Shown piece by piece: positions 23,349 through 32,479 of a stretch of DNA of 64,000 nucleotides. The notes below the pieces were generated by a model that searched no databases, was not told the DNA's origin, and saw nothing but the letters and a program-made list of their open reading frames with translations. Made by a program: the position numbers and the translations under genes. How positions within the stretch are numbered: the stretch's first letter is position 1; every line of letters begins with the position of its first letter. Origin of the DNA: a virus; the IMG/VR virus record IMGVR_UViG_3300020156_000005, positions 1 to 64,000 of that record; one strand, written 5' to 3'.

Positions 23349-23825
23349 ATGTCTGAATTCACCGAGCATATGAAAGAAGTTATGGCATTCAATCGGGAAC
23401 AGATGGACAGGGCAAGTCAGCACGGCGAAGAGCTGAAGACTCGCATCACAAACTTCATCGACTCCCTTGACGCAGACGATCTTCTCACTCTGCGTGATAT
23501 CGTCACTAATTCCACCAATGAGTGCGTCGGACACGAGATCGAAGGCATCATCACCGGATGCCTTGTTTATAAGCACCGTCGCAGCTGGAGCGGAGAAACC
23601 TCTCCACTGGAAGGGATGACAGCTTCCGCTTCCATTGAGAAGCAGGTCGCCAGCCAGGAGGAAGAGCGTGCGGCCAACATGGTTCGCTACGGCCTGATTC
23701 CCGAAGGCGACTACTTCGCCTGCGCCAACTGCGGCCAGTTCTACATTTCCCTGGAAGATCGCATGCTTCGCGAGCCGGGCGTTAAGGGTTGCAAGGGATG
23801 CCAGGAAAAAGCTAAGTTTGGATGA
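23349..23825 (+). CDS. hypothetical protein with C-terminal zinc ribbon
   Basis: Track ORF trimmed to ATG 23349. CANCGQF ... CKGC motifs. Confidence 0.55.
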   Translation: MSEFTEHMKEVMAFNREQMDRASQHGEELKTRITNFIDSLDADDLLTLRDIVTNSTNECVGHEIEGIITGCLVYKHRRSWSGETSPLEGMTASASIEKQVASQEEERAANMVRYGLIPEGDYFACANCGQFYISLEDRMLREPGVKGCKGCQEKAKFG

Positions 23826-23925
23826 GCAATGGGTACCATCGTAGCTACCTTGTTTGCAATTATAATCCTGATAGGTAATGGCCTGTTCTGGGCCTTTATT
23901 CTTCGATATCATTAGGGGGTGCGCC

Positions 23926-25392
23926 TTGAGCCTTCATAATCGAAAGTCTCTCGAACCGTATATCAGAGATGATGTAACCTTCTATGAGCATCAGGTTGAA
24001 GGTGTACGCCGCATGTGGAATATGCGGTCATTTCTGCTGGCCGATGATATGGGGCTCGGCAAGTCCATTCAGACACTTACGGTGTTTGCTATCCACTGTC
24101 AGCAGATGAAAAAGAAATACGACCAGGATAGCAAGATGCTGGTCGTATGTCCTCCGACCCTGAAAGATAACTGGGTCGACGAGATCGAGAAGTTCACACG
24201 ATTCAAGTATGTGAAGCTACACGGCACCCCAGCTCTTCGTGAAGCTCAGATCGGTGAGTTTGCCGAAATGCATGGTTGCAAGATTCTAATTGTCAACTAC
24301 GAGCAGGTGAACCGTCACCTTGCTCAGCTGAACGCTCTGGACTTTGATTGCCTGGCTGCCGATGAGGCGCACAAGCTAAAGAATCCAGACTCCCAGCGAA
24401 CCAAAGCCTTCCAGAAGCTACGCATCGAGCGTAACTTTATCCTCACGGGCTCGCCACTGCTGAACAATGCGCACGAGTTATATACCATTCTTGATCGCAT
24501 TCAACCTAAGCAGTGGGGAAGCTACTGGGGTTTCAAGCAAGAGTTCTGCGTGATGGGCGGGTACAAGAACAAGGCTGTGATCGGAGTTAAAAACGAACAC
24601 AAACTTGTCAGCGCCCTCCAGCATGTGATGATCCGGCGTTTGAAGTCTGAAGTATTGGACCTGCCAGAAGTTCAGATCATCCCACGAATTGTTGATCTGA
24701 CACCTTTGCAGAGGAAATTGTACGACCAGGCAGTAGGAGAACTTAAGCTCGACCTCGGTAATTCAGAGATGGAGCTTGATAACCCGGCTACCAAGTTCCT
24801 CCGGCTCAAGCAGATTTGCGGAACAACCGCGAGCCTTCTTGAATCTGGAGAGGATAGTTCGGCCAAGCTTGATCTGGCTATTGAAGATGCAGAAGAGATT
24901 GTAGCCAAGGGTAACAAACTTGTAGTCTTCACTCAGTTCCGCTCGGTGCATGCCGCATACGTGCAACGTGCCAAGGTTCTCGACGTTCCGATCTACGAAC
25001 TTCACGGAGACGTGCCGGGTAGTGAGCGGCAGGGAATCGTCAAAGACTGGGGAAACGTACAAGGTCCGGCTATTATCGTCTGCATGCTTCAGGTGGCCGG
25101 TATCGGTCTGAACATGACGGCTGCAAGGTATTGCCAGTTCATCGACAAGGACTTCGTTCCGGCGCTGAATCAACAGGCTATTGACCGATTGAACCGAATC
25201 GGCGCGAGCAAGACTCAGGCTATTCAGGTGCTCGAATACCGAGCGCGCGGCACTGTTGAGACGCGAGTGGAAAGCATCCTGAAGACGAAGAAGAATATCT
25301 TCGAGTCTATCGTGGAGCAGAAAGAATTCCAGAAGCGGATCGCTCGCGAGATCATGACCGACATCAAGGCTGCGATGGCGAGGGTCAAATGA
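23926..25392 (+). CDS. SNF2/Rad54-family helicase
   Basis: Motif I DDMGLGKSIQ, motif II DEAHKLKN, motif III LTGSPLLNN, and helicase-C motifs (GIGLNMTAA, QAIDRLNRIG). Start uncertain (TTG 23926 after AGGGGG, or ATG 23878). Confidence 0.85.
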   Translation: MSLHNRKSLEPYIRDDVTFYEHQVEGVRRMWNMRSFLLADDMGLGKSIQTLTVFAIHCQQMKKKYDQDSKMLVVCPPTLKDNWVDEIEKFTRFKYVKLHGTPALREAQIGEFAEMHGCKILIVNYEQVNRHLAQLNALDFDCLAADEAHKLKNPDSQRTKAFQKLRIERNFILTGSPLLNNAHELYTILDRIQPKQWGSYWGFKQEFCVMGGYKNKAVIGVKNEHKLVSALQHVMIRRLKSEVLDLPEVQIIPRIVDLTPLQRKLYDQAVGELKLDLGNSEMELDNPATKFLRLKQICGTTASLLESGEDSSAKLDLAIEDAEEIVAKGNKLVVFTQFRSVHAAYVQRAKVLDVPIYELHGDVPGSERQGIVKDWGNVQGPAIIVCMLQVAGIGLNMTAARYCQFIDKDFVPALNQQAIDRLNRIGASKTQAIQVLEYRARGTVETRVESILKTKKNIFESIVEQKEFQKRIAREIMTDIKAAMARVK

Positions 25393-25559
25393 GTGACATG
25401 CTAGAGGTCGAGAAGGTTGGTGAGATACTTAATCTATCAGAATGGACGGTGAGGAAGTGGTGCAGGGATGGAAAACTTGAGGGAGCGAAACGATTCGGCC
25501 GAAAGTGGCTCATCCCTCGCTCAGCTCTTGAAGCAGCTGGGAAGAGACCGACTGCGTAA
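25389..25559 (+). CDS. excisionase-type HTH protein (56 aa)
   Basis: Not in the track. ATGA overlap with the helicase stop. LNLSEWTVRKWCRDGKLEGAKRFGRKWLIPRSAL is a classic HTH_17/Xis-like pattern. Confidence 0.65.
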   Translation: MSDMLEVEKVGEILNLSEWTVRKWCRDGKLEGAKRFGRKWLIPRSALEAAGKRPTA

Positions 25560-25695
25560 GTTGCACCTAGAACATGAGCTTGATCAGATGCTATCTGCTA
25601 GTAATATCGTGCTTAAATCTGATTACAGCCGCGTCCGCCAGGGGCTTCAAAAAGTAAACCAGCGAATAAGACAAACGGAACAGGAGCTGAAAGTA

Positions 25696-26301
25696 ATGAC
25701 TGCAAAACCACCTTTCGAAGGTTTCATTCTGCTAGACATCGAGACCACCGGCATTGACGAGAAGGTCGGTTATATACTCGAGCTGGGAATGGGACACTTC
25801 GATCTCGACTTCAATCTGCTGGATGTGTTCACTACTCTTGTGATCACATCCGAGACCATGGAGTTCATCGAAGACGCCTGGAACAAGAACGACGTTGCCT
25901 ATCAGATGCATGATAAGTCTGGCCTGCTCGGGGAGATTGACTCACTTCATAAGAGTGACCTCAGCGAGTTGCATCCTGATATGGTAATGGACCGATCTAC
26001 CGAGTGGCTTCGGTCGGTCGGCGTCCACAGTGAGGACAAGCAGCCCTGGACCGGTAGCTCGGTGCACTTCGATAAGACTTGGATGGGCCTGCACTTCCCG
26101 GCGATTGCTGAGAACTACTTCACGTATCGCACCATTGACGCCTCGGGTATTCGGGAGCTGGTACGCAAGCGTCGACCGGACATTGCCGAGCTGGTGGACC
26201 ATGATACTAAGGATGCCCGCAAGGAGCATCGGGTTCTTCCGGATATACTTGACACTGCCGACCTGTTCATTGCACTCAAGAAGCATGGAGCTATTCTGTA
26301 G
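25696..26301 (+). CDS. DEDD 3'-5' exonuclease (DnaQ/oligoribonuclease-like)
   Basis: Exo I LLDIETTGID and a later HFDKTWM (ExoIII-like H..D). Start set at ATG 25696 after GGAG. The upstream in-frame part of track ORF 25468 overlaps the HTH gene. Confidence 0.75.
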   Translation: MTAKPPFEGFILLDIETTGIDEKVGYILELGMGHFDLDFNLLDVFTTLVITSETMEFIEDAWNKNDVAYQMHDKSGLLGEIDSLHKSDLSELHPDMVMDRSTEWLRSVGVHSEDKQPWTGSSVHFDKTWMGLHFPAIAENYFTYRTIDASGIRELVRKRRPDIAELVDHDTKDARKEHRVLPDILDTADLFIALKKHGAIL

Positions 26302-27444
26302 ATGAGTACAGCCGTAACTTTCGAGACAGCCTCTCTTGCCGATACGCTCCGGAAGGCTGCGAGAATCGCCCCACTGAAGGGACAAGAGTTTGAGCGTTAC
26401 GCTGGATTCTATTTGGAAGTGCGCAACGACGACGAAGACGCTCATGTAGTCTTGAGGGCTGCAAACGGTGACATCTTCTATATGGAGCGCATCAACGTGC
26501 TTGATATTGAAGGTGAGAACGTAGATTGGCGCGTACCAAGTGCCGTCACTGCCGGAGTGGTCGGCGCGCTTCCGATCGGCTCAGGGAAGACGTGCGTATT
26601 CAAACAGGAAGAGGGGCGGATCAGGATCACCTCGGGCCGGACGAAGGCTTCGGTTCGCCTCCTGGACGATCAGTACTTTCCCGAATGGGATGTCTTCGAT
26701 TCGGAGGAACTGGAACTTGTCCATGGGTTCGGGGAAAAGCTTGATCGCATCGCCTGGGCTGTGGACAAGAAGCAGGCCATGTCCACAAGTGCGGTATACA
26801 TCGACGGAGAGCAAGTAGTCGGTACCGACGGTAACAGACTTGCAGCGGTACCATTGAAGATGCCTACAGGTGAAGAACCTTATATTCTGGTTCAGATGGC
26901 CGTACTTGCTCCGATCATCTCGCAGGTTGTCGAGACCAAGGTTGGAGTCATTGACGGTTATCTCTGCTTGCAGCCGAACGATTACACTCAGATCAAGTGC
27001 CTCATTCTCGGGCTCACTTATCCACCCGTTCATCGGGTAATGAACGTTGAGCCAGAAGAGGCGATCCTCTTCAATCGTGAGGCAGCCACCGAGATTATCA
27101 ATCGGATCATGCCTGTGATATCGTCCGATCGACAAGCCGATCTGTACGTGACCATCGGTAATGGTGAGATGGAATTCTTCACCGAGGACGACCAGAAGAT
27201 CAACAGTATCATTGATGTGATCGAGCTTCCCGGTCAATGTCCGCACGAACCAATCAAGTATAGGTTCGGACCCGACAACTTTGTTCAGGCCATTACAAAG
27301 TCACCAGGCACCATGGTGACAATGAACTATGATCCAGAAAAGCCGAAGCAGCTTATCCGGTTCGACGGCCAGGAGGAGTATCGGTGCTGGATCAATCCAA
27401 GGGTAATGGGTCAGATCGACCCTCAGCAGAAGGGGAATAATTGA
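26302..27444 (+). CDS. dnaN: DNA polymerase III beta sliding clamp homolog
   Basis: 380 aa with a three-domain length. TDGNRLA (compare the DGHRLA motif), YPPVHRV, and a C-terminal YRCWINPRVM similar to the clamp end pattern. Confidence 0.8.
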   Translation: MSTAVTFETASLADTLRKAARIAPLKGQEFERYAGFYLEVRNDDEDAHVVLRAANGDIFYMERINVLDIEGENVDWRVPSAVTAGVVGALPIGSGKTCVFKQEEGRIRITSGRTKASVRLLDDQYFPEWDVFDSEELELVHGFGEKLDRIAWAVDKKQAMSTSAVYIDGEQVVGTDGNRLAAVPLKMPTGEEPYILVQMAVLAPIISQVVETKVGVIDGYLCLQPNDYTQIKCLILGLTYPPVHRVMNVEPEEAILFNREAATEIINRIMPVISSDRQADLYVTIGNGEMEFFTEDDQKINSIIDVIELPGQCPHEPIKYRFGPDNFVQAITKSPGTMVTMNYDPEKPKQLIRFDGQEEYRCWINPRVMGQIDPQQKGNN

Positions 27445-27812
27445 AACTCTACCTTAGTGGCCCGATGACAGGTCGACCGAATTTCAACTACGATACCTTC
27501 AACGAGGTGGCGGAAGAACTTCGGCAGAGATTCCACCAGGTTATCAATCCGGCTGAAATCGAGTTTCCTGACCCCGGTTTGAATAAGAACTCTACGGAAA
27601 CATGGGCTCATTACTTGAGTCACGCAATCAGGGTTATGCTGGACTGTAGCATCATCGTATTGCTGCCTGAGTGGGAAACAAGTAGGGGAGCGGTTGTAGA
27701 GGTCAACCTTGCAGACGTGTTGAACTACCACGTCTTCGAACTTGACATGGATACATACCAGTTCAAGCCTACAAAGTATGGCAATCAGGATTACACCAAG
27801 GTGGAGATGTGA
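27441..27812 (+). CDS. nucleoside 2-deoxyribosyltransferase-like protein (DUF4406-like)
   Basis: MKLYLSGPMTGRPNFNYDTFNE ... LLPEWETSRGAVVE matches the DUF4406/NDT-like pattern. TTG start overlaps the clamp stop. Confidence 0.65.
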   Translation: MKLYLSGPMTGRPNFNYDTFNEVAEELRQRFHQVINPAEIEFPDPGLNKNSTETWAHYLSHAIRVMLDCSIIVLLPEWETSRGAVVEVNLADVLNYHVFELDMDTYQFKPTKYGNQDYTKVEM

Positions 27813-27879
27813 GTCTTATAGTTTGCTTTGTCCTCGGCATCATGATTGGAATGGCCGTAGGTGCTGCACTCTGGAAAGA

Positions 27880-28437
27880 GTGGTGAACGTAAATAACTAC
27901 GAGGTATACGCCTTGCCGCTTAACCCTGAACCTTGGGCGGTTGGGCATATCTCCGTAGTTCGACGGGGCGGCGTATACAAGCCGATGGTGGCTCCGGAAC
28001 TCACCTTGCAGACATATCAGAATGCAGTCAGGGACGAGCTGACCCTACAAGGTGCCGAGCTACTGCCGGGAGATTACAGTTTGTATTTCTCCTTCTCTAG
28101 GCAACTAGCTAAGTATAAAGCTTCTGCCAAACAAACTTCGACCCGTAACGCATCCGACGCCACGAACATGCAGAAGGCCACGGAGGATGCCATACAGGGG
28201 GTCCTGATCGGCAATGACCGGGACGTGGTTCGGGTTGGATCGGTCATTGTGGACCAGGGTCCTTCCGTGACCCCGTTCGTGATTATTGAGATCAAGTACG
28301 GACTTATAGAAGATGACTCGTCCAAGATGGATGATATTCCCAGGGGGGAACTCATTGACAATGCTATTGATGAAATGATCGAGACGCAGAGGATGCGCGA
28401 AGAGTCGCGTAACAGAAAGGATATCTGGAACTTCTAA
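27880..28437 (+). CDS. rusA: RusA-family Holliday junction resolvase
   Basis: Track ORF 27742 trimmed to GTG 27880. DATNMQKATEDAIQGVLIGNDRDVV is the RusA catalytic Asp pattern. Confidence 0.75.
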   Translation: MVNVNNYEVYALPLNPEPWAVGHISVVRRGGVYKPMVAPELTLQTYQNAVRDELTLQGAELLPGDYSLYFSFSRQLAKYKASAKQTSTRNASDATNMQKATEDAIQGVLIGNDRDVVRVGSVIVDQGPSVTPFVIIEIKYGLIEDDSSKMDDIPRGELIDNAIDEMIETQRMREESRNRKDIWNF

Positions 28438-28892
28438 TGACTATCGAGAATCAGATCAGCGACGAAGAGCGTATTGCCCGCATGAACGACAAGCCACTCG
28501 AAGGCATGGAAATGTTCATGAACCGGGTCTTCTTGACTGCTGAGCGCGGCGGCTGGCACAAAGATGAGACGTTCGGTGACAAGATTTCTCTGATGCACAG
28601 CGAGCTGAGCGAGGCTCTTGAGGAGTACCGCGACGGCCGAGCTTACGACGAGATTTACTACTCATACAAGGATGAGCACGGTGCGAAGGTTTCGACTAAC
28701 GAGATGTACCGTGAAGTCAATGGCGAAATGGTGATGAATAAGCCGGAAGGTATCGCGGTCGAACTTGCCGACGCCATCATCCGCATCATGGACTGGTCGG
28801 CGTGGAAGAAGTCTCCTCTTCTGGAGGCGCTCTTTATCAAAGCTGAGTACAACGAGACCCGCTCCTATCGTCACGGGGGCAAGGTGATCTGA
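28437..28892 (+). CDS. mazG: MazG-like nucleotide pyrophosphohydrolase
   Basis: LMHSELSEALEEYRDG and VELADAIIRIMDW (EExxE/D helices). TAATG overlap. Confidence 0.7.
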   Translation: MTIENQISDEERIARMNDKPLEGMEMFMNRVFLTAERGGWHKDETFGDKISLMHSELSEALEEYRDGRAYDEIYYSYKDEHGAKVSTNEMYREVNGEMVMNKPEGIAVELADAIIRIMDWSAWKKSPLLEALFIKAEYNETRSYRHGGKVI

Positions 28893-29095
28893 TGTTCTCC
28901 TTTATTCTGACCGTGGCAGTTTTTGCTATCGTTGCTTACGCGATCTACACCAGTTACTTTGGAGAGGTCAAAGGAGATCACGTCAGCGGAATAAATGCTA
29001 TGATCTTCGTGGAAAATGATCTAGCAGCCAAAAAAATTCTGGATGACCAGAAGAAGGCTTCGATCAAGCGCACGTTCGCCGAAGCCGCTGCATAA
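28892..29095 (+). CDS. small single-pass membrane protein (67 aa)
   Basis: MFSFILTVAVFAIVAYAIYTSYF forms an N-terminal TM helix. TGATG overlap. Lies immediately upstream of the esterase and peptidase genes. Confidence 0.55.
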   Translation: MFSFILTVAVFAIVAYAIYTSYFGEVKGDHVSGINAMIFVENDLAAKKILDDQKKASIKRTFAEAAA

Positions 29096-29104
29096 GGAGT
29101 CACA

Positions 29105-29962
29105 ATGGCTACTGGTTTAGGGGTCCCAGGTCCCGACAGAATCGTGATTGCCGTACCGGGAACTTCGGAAACCGGACCGCACGCCGATCCGCACGTCGAA
29201 ATTGGTATGCTTGGAGAAGCTACCAAGCAGCTAACCAATCAGCTTTTCGAGAAGCACTTTCTCCCGTACGACGCTCTCTACGGACAGGGGACTTCTTACC
29301 GGCAGTCTCGTGACTATGCAATCGAGAAGCTGACTTCACTCATGCTGAACTACGGTGGTACCGAGATTTATCTTCTCGGATACAGTCAAGGTGCCGCCGT
29401 GGTAACGCTCGCGGTCAAGCGCATGATCAAAGCTGTACTGGCCGAGGATGCGCGTGCCAAGGATTACCGTGGTGTACTGGATCGGATCAAGGGTATCTAC
29501 TTGATCGCGAATCCGCATCGCCAGCCAGGGATGATCTACGGCGCAGACCCCGGCGGCGAAGGCATCTCCTTCTCCCCGGAAGACGGATGGTGGGGGGAGA
29601 TGAAGAATCTTGTGATGGAGATCGGCGCACCCGGTGACATTATCAGTTCTTCCGATCCAAATACAACCTTCCTGAAGCGCCTGCCGCTGTATACCATCGA
29701 CATGAACTGGGCGAACACCATCGGATGGGCTAAGAGCATATATGATGTGATGACCCACACGAATCCGTTCACCTTGTATCCTGAGCTGCGCAAGGAGTTC
29801 GGATTCTTTACATACCTCGCTCGGTACTGGAATACAGCTCGTGCCTTGAAAAACTACATCAAGACCAACGTGCATGTGAAGTATGTGACGTACTATCCGT
29901 ACGAAGGTCAGAGTTGCATGCGAGCAATCGCTAACGATATCATCCAGAAGGCGGTTATGTAA
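29105..29962 (+). CDS. lysB: cutinase-family serine esterase (LysB-like mycolylarabinogalactan esterase)
   Basis: G-Y-S-Q-G nucleophile elbow (LLGYSQGAAV). 285 aa. AAGGAG upstream. Confidence 0.75.
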   Translation: MATGLGVPGPDRIVIAVPGTSETGPHADPHVEIGMLGEATKQLTNQLFEKHFLPYDALYGQGTSYRQSRDYAIEKLTSLMLNYGGTEIYLLGYSQGAAVVTLAVKRMIKAVLAEDARAKDYRGVLDRIKGIYLIANPHRQPGMIYGADPGGEGISFSPEDGWWGEMKNLVMEIGAPGDIISSSDPNTTFLKRLPLYTIDMNWANTIGWAKSIYDVMTHTNPFTLYPELRKEFGFFTYLARYWNTARALKNYIKTNVHVKYVTYYPYEGQSCMRAIANDIIQKAVM

Positions 29963-30487
29963 GTGCCTCCTATTGACCCACTACAGGAGTTCTTGAAAAA
30001 TGTACAGGCATTCGCAGACAGAGAATGGCCTAACCACCGTGACAACCTTCGAAGCGTACTACCCGGAGTTGCCATACCGGATCGCATCCTGGTTCCTGGA
30101 CTTGTTCCAGAAGGTGCCCCTCCCGGATATATTCCAAACAAAGGCGAAGAGCTTCTTGGAAAAGCGGCTTCAAAGCGGGGACTCCCGTACCAGTGGGGCG
30201 GCGTTGGTAATCCGTCGTTCGACTGCTCCGGGCTTACCCAGTGGGCTGCTCGCGAAGTGGGTATCAGTATCGGGCGGACTACGTACCAGCAAATATCGGA
30301 CGGAGTTGAAGTTGGTTTTGGAGAAGTCCAGGCAGGAGATTTAGTCTTCTCCCGCTTCTCTGCTCCAAACGTTCCGGAGCACGTAAGTATATGGGCCGGA
30401 AACGGCAAGGTTTTCGAGGCTGGTGACCCACTTGGGTATTATGACTGGGGTAATCGCGGAACAGTCCGAGTCAGACGAATCGTCTGA
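29963..30487 (+). CDS. NlpC/P60 cysteine peptidase
   Basis: GLPYQWGGVGNPSFDCSGLTQW (catalytic Cys) and GDLVFSR...EHVSIWAG (His). GTG start abuts the esterase stop. Confidence 0.85.
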   Translation: MPPIDPLQEFLKNVQAFADREWPNHRDNLRSVLPGVAIPDRILVPGLVPEGAPPGYIPNKGEELLGKAASKRGLPYQWGGVGNPSFDCSGLTQWAAREVGISIGRTTYQQISDGVEVGFGEVQAGDLVFSRFSAPNVPEHVSIWAGNGKVFEAGDPLGYYDWGNRGTVRVRRIV

Positions 30488-31382
30488 TTGTTTCTGCGGT
30501 AAGTGTCGAACCTGTAGGGCTGCACTTCGTGAGGAGGCAGCCCTACAGCGGGCAGAGAAACCGAAGGAACTGCATCCATTTGCAGCGAAGATCCTTCGAG
30601 GCGAGCCTCTGTTTGAGGACAGTAAGCCGGAGCCGAGAAAGACAACGACTCCGAGGAAAGTGTCCCAACGCAAGCGGGTACCAAAGGGGCAGGGAAAGGG
30701 TCGAGGAACCCTTAACGCAGAATCCCGGCAGCGTATGCTTGCTAAGCGTATCCGTAAAGATGGTAAATGGTTTCACCCTGATGCGCCACATGGCGAGATT
30801 AAGGGATGTTCTTATTACCAATGTTACTGTGAACTCTGTTACACTGCTTACAAGAACTACAGGGCAAGTAATTACCCCAGACCGGTTCGCATCACAAAGA
30901 AACATGAGCTGACATGGGGAGTTAAATTACCCGAGGTTAAATTTCCGAAGCAGACAACTAAGCGCGCACCGAAAATGCGTAACGCTATACCGCCAAAGGT
31001 AAAACGAGTTCGATTGCCCGAGGTTAAATTTCCGAAGCAGACAACTAAGCGCGCACCGGAAATACGTAAAGCTAGACCTCCAAAGGTAAAACGAGTTCGA
31101 TTACCCGAAGTTAAATTCAAACCTCCACGCCCGGAAAACTGGCATCGTCGCGATGCTTACGTATACAAGTTGACTCCGGAAGAAAATGAGGCTAGAATAG
31201 CTCGGAACAAGCGAACTACGCGAGACAGACTGCTCGCCGAACGTGTAGAGATTGACGGTCGAAAGGTTCACCCCAGAGCAACCCACGGAACAGTGAAGGG
31301 TGCTCGCTACTACTGTTGCATGTGTATTCCTTGCAATAAGGCGTGGTACCAGTATAGGAAAACTCTGAGAAAGAAGAAGTAG
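30423..31382 (+). CDS. highly basic protein with 29-aa tandem repeats and duplicated HG..G..YY.C.C..C motif
   Basis: Track ORF whose start overlaps the P60 gene by up to 65 nt. LPEVKFPKQTTKRAP..PPKVKRVR occurs 2.2 times. HGEIKGCSYYQCYCELCYTAYKNYR matches HGTVKGARYYCCMCIPCNKAWYQYRK. Confidence 0.6.
   Translation: MTHLGIMTGVIAEQSESDESSDCFCGKCRTCRAALREEAALQRAEKPKELHPFAAKILRGEPLFEDSKPEPRKTTTPRKVSQRKRVPKGQGKGRGTLNAESRQRMLAKRIRKDGKWFHPDAPHGEIKGCSYYQCYCELCYTAYKNYRASNYPRPVRITKKHELTWGVKLPEVKFPKQTTKRAPKMRNAIPPKVKRVRLPEVKFPKQTTKRAPEIRKARPPKVKRVRLPEVKFKPPRPENWHRRDAYVYKLTPEENEARIARNKRTTRDRLLAERVEIDGRKVHPRATHGTVKGARYYCCMCIPCNKAWYQYRKTLRKKK
30927..31122 (+). repeat. 87-bp tandem repeat, 2.2 copies, in frame within CDS 30423..31382
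   Basis: Units start at 30927, 31014 and 31101 (ttaCCCGAGGTTAAATTTCCGAAGCAGACAACTAAGCGCGCACCG...). Copies 1 and 2 differ at only a few positions. Confidence 0.9.
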
Positions 31383-31384
31383 GT

Positions 31385-32092
31385 ATGCACGATATTTGGC
31401 ACGGCAAATCGGAGGAACTGTGCGCCGTGCTGCCTTACGAATCCGTAAACTGCATCATCACCGACCCACCCTTTGGCGTTGATGATAAATCCAATCAGGC
31501 TGTTACCGCCGCAGGCAAAGCCCATGCACGTAAGATTGCCAACGATAAAACTCCAGAAGAAGCTATTGCAGTCTTCGATCAGGTGATGGATGTACTCCTT
31601 CCCCGGACTACCGAAAACTCGGACATGTACGTCTTCTCCTCGTGGTCGGTGATGGACTCTTGGATTCCGGCAATCAAAGCCTTAGACAGGCACGGATTCA
31701 TGTACAAGAAGATGCTGATCTGGAAGAAGAACGGATCGAGCATGGGCGACCTTAACGGATGGGGTACCAGCTACGAGGTTATCTATTTCCTGAAGAAGGG
31801 AAACCGGGAGCGTACCGACAAGCGCCGACCAGGGGTCATAGACTTCCCGCAGATTCCCGCTGGACATCTTGTCCATCCTCACGAGAAGCCGGAAGGCTTG
31901 TTGGAAATTCTTCTCCGGCACTCTACGTCCGAGGGCGACCTGGTTGTCGATCCCTTCGGTGGCTCAGGCAGTCTCGTTCGCGCGGCAAGAAACATCGGAC
32001 GAGATGCTATTGCTATTGAACTTGACGAGGAGAATTACCGGAGAGCCGTTCGAGGTCTCGAGCAGTCCGATAGTCTGTTCGCCGCCGGATAG
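31385..32092 (+). CDS. DNA N6-adenine/N4-cytosine methyltransferase (beta class)
   Basis: Motif IV IITDPPFG is near the N-terminus and motif I VVDPFGGSGS near the C-terminus (N6_N4_Mtase order). Confidence 0.85.
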   Translation: MHDIWHGKSEELCAVLPYESVNCIITDPPFGVDDKSNQAVTAAGKAHARKIANDKTPEEAIAVFDQVMDVLLPRTTENSDMYVFSSWSVMDSWIPAIKALDRHGFMYKKMLIWKKNGSSMGDLNGWGTSYEVIYFLKKGNRERTDKRRPGVIDFPQIPAGHLVHPHEKPEGLLEILLRHSTSEGDLVVDPFGGSGSLVRAARNIGRDAIAIELDEENYRRAVRGLEQSDSLFAAG

Positions 32093-32102
32093 CATTCTGT
32101 AG

Positions 32103-32168
32103 CGCTGGCGTGATATCGTTATGCTTGACCTGTCTCTTCGTAGACAGAGAAGACGTATCACGCCAGCG
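32103..32168 (+). other. 13-bp-stem hairpin after the methyltransferase gene
   Basis: cgctggcgtgata (32103-32115) pairs with tatcacgccagcg (32156-32168). An inner 6-bp hairpin ctgtct/agacag is present. No U-tract. Confidence 0.4.
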
Positions 32169-32189
32169 TGTGACCCACAGGAGGAACTT

Positions 32190-32462
32190 ATGTCACAGGC
32201 TAATCAGCCTCAGCCGGTGGTGCTCTTTCAGCCGCCGAGTAATCCAAGCGAACGTCAGTTCATGGACTTTCGCCCAATGCCGATTCCCGAGAAGGAGGAG
32301 ACGGATGCGGACCCAAAAGCCTTGTCTGCACCGGAATCTGCTCCCTCCTCGCCAAGCGTTCCGGAACAAGTATCACCCCCTGTGAGCCCGGTTCCAAGTG
32401 TGCCTGCGGTGAAGGCCAGTACCCAGCCCAAGGTAGACGGGAACTCTACGCAGACTTCCTAG
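32190..32462 (+). CDS. Pro-rich hypothetical protein (90 aa)
   Basis: Track ORF 32121 trimmed to ATG 32190, 5 nt after AGGAGG. Confidence 0.5.
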   Translation: MSQANQPQPVVLFQPPSNPSERQFMDFRPMPIPEKEETDADPKALSAPESAPSSPSVPEQVSPPVSPVPSVPAVKASTQPKVDGNSTQTS

Positions 32463-32479
32463 AGGAAAAAGAGGAGTGG

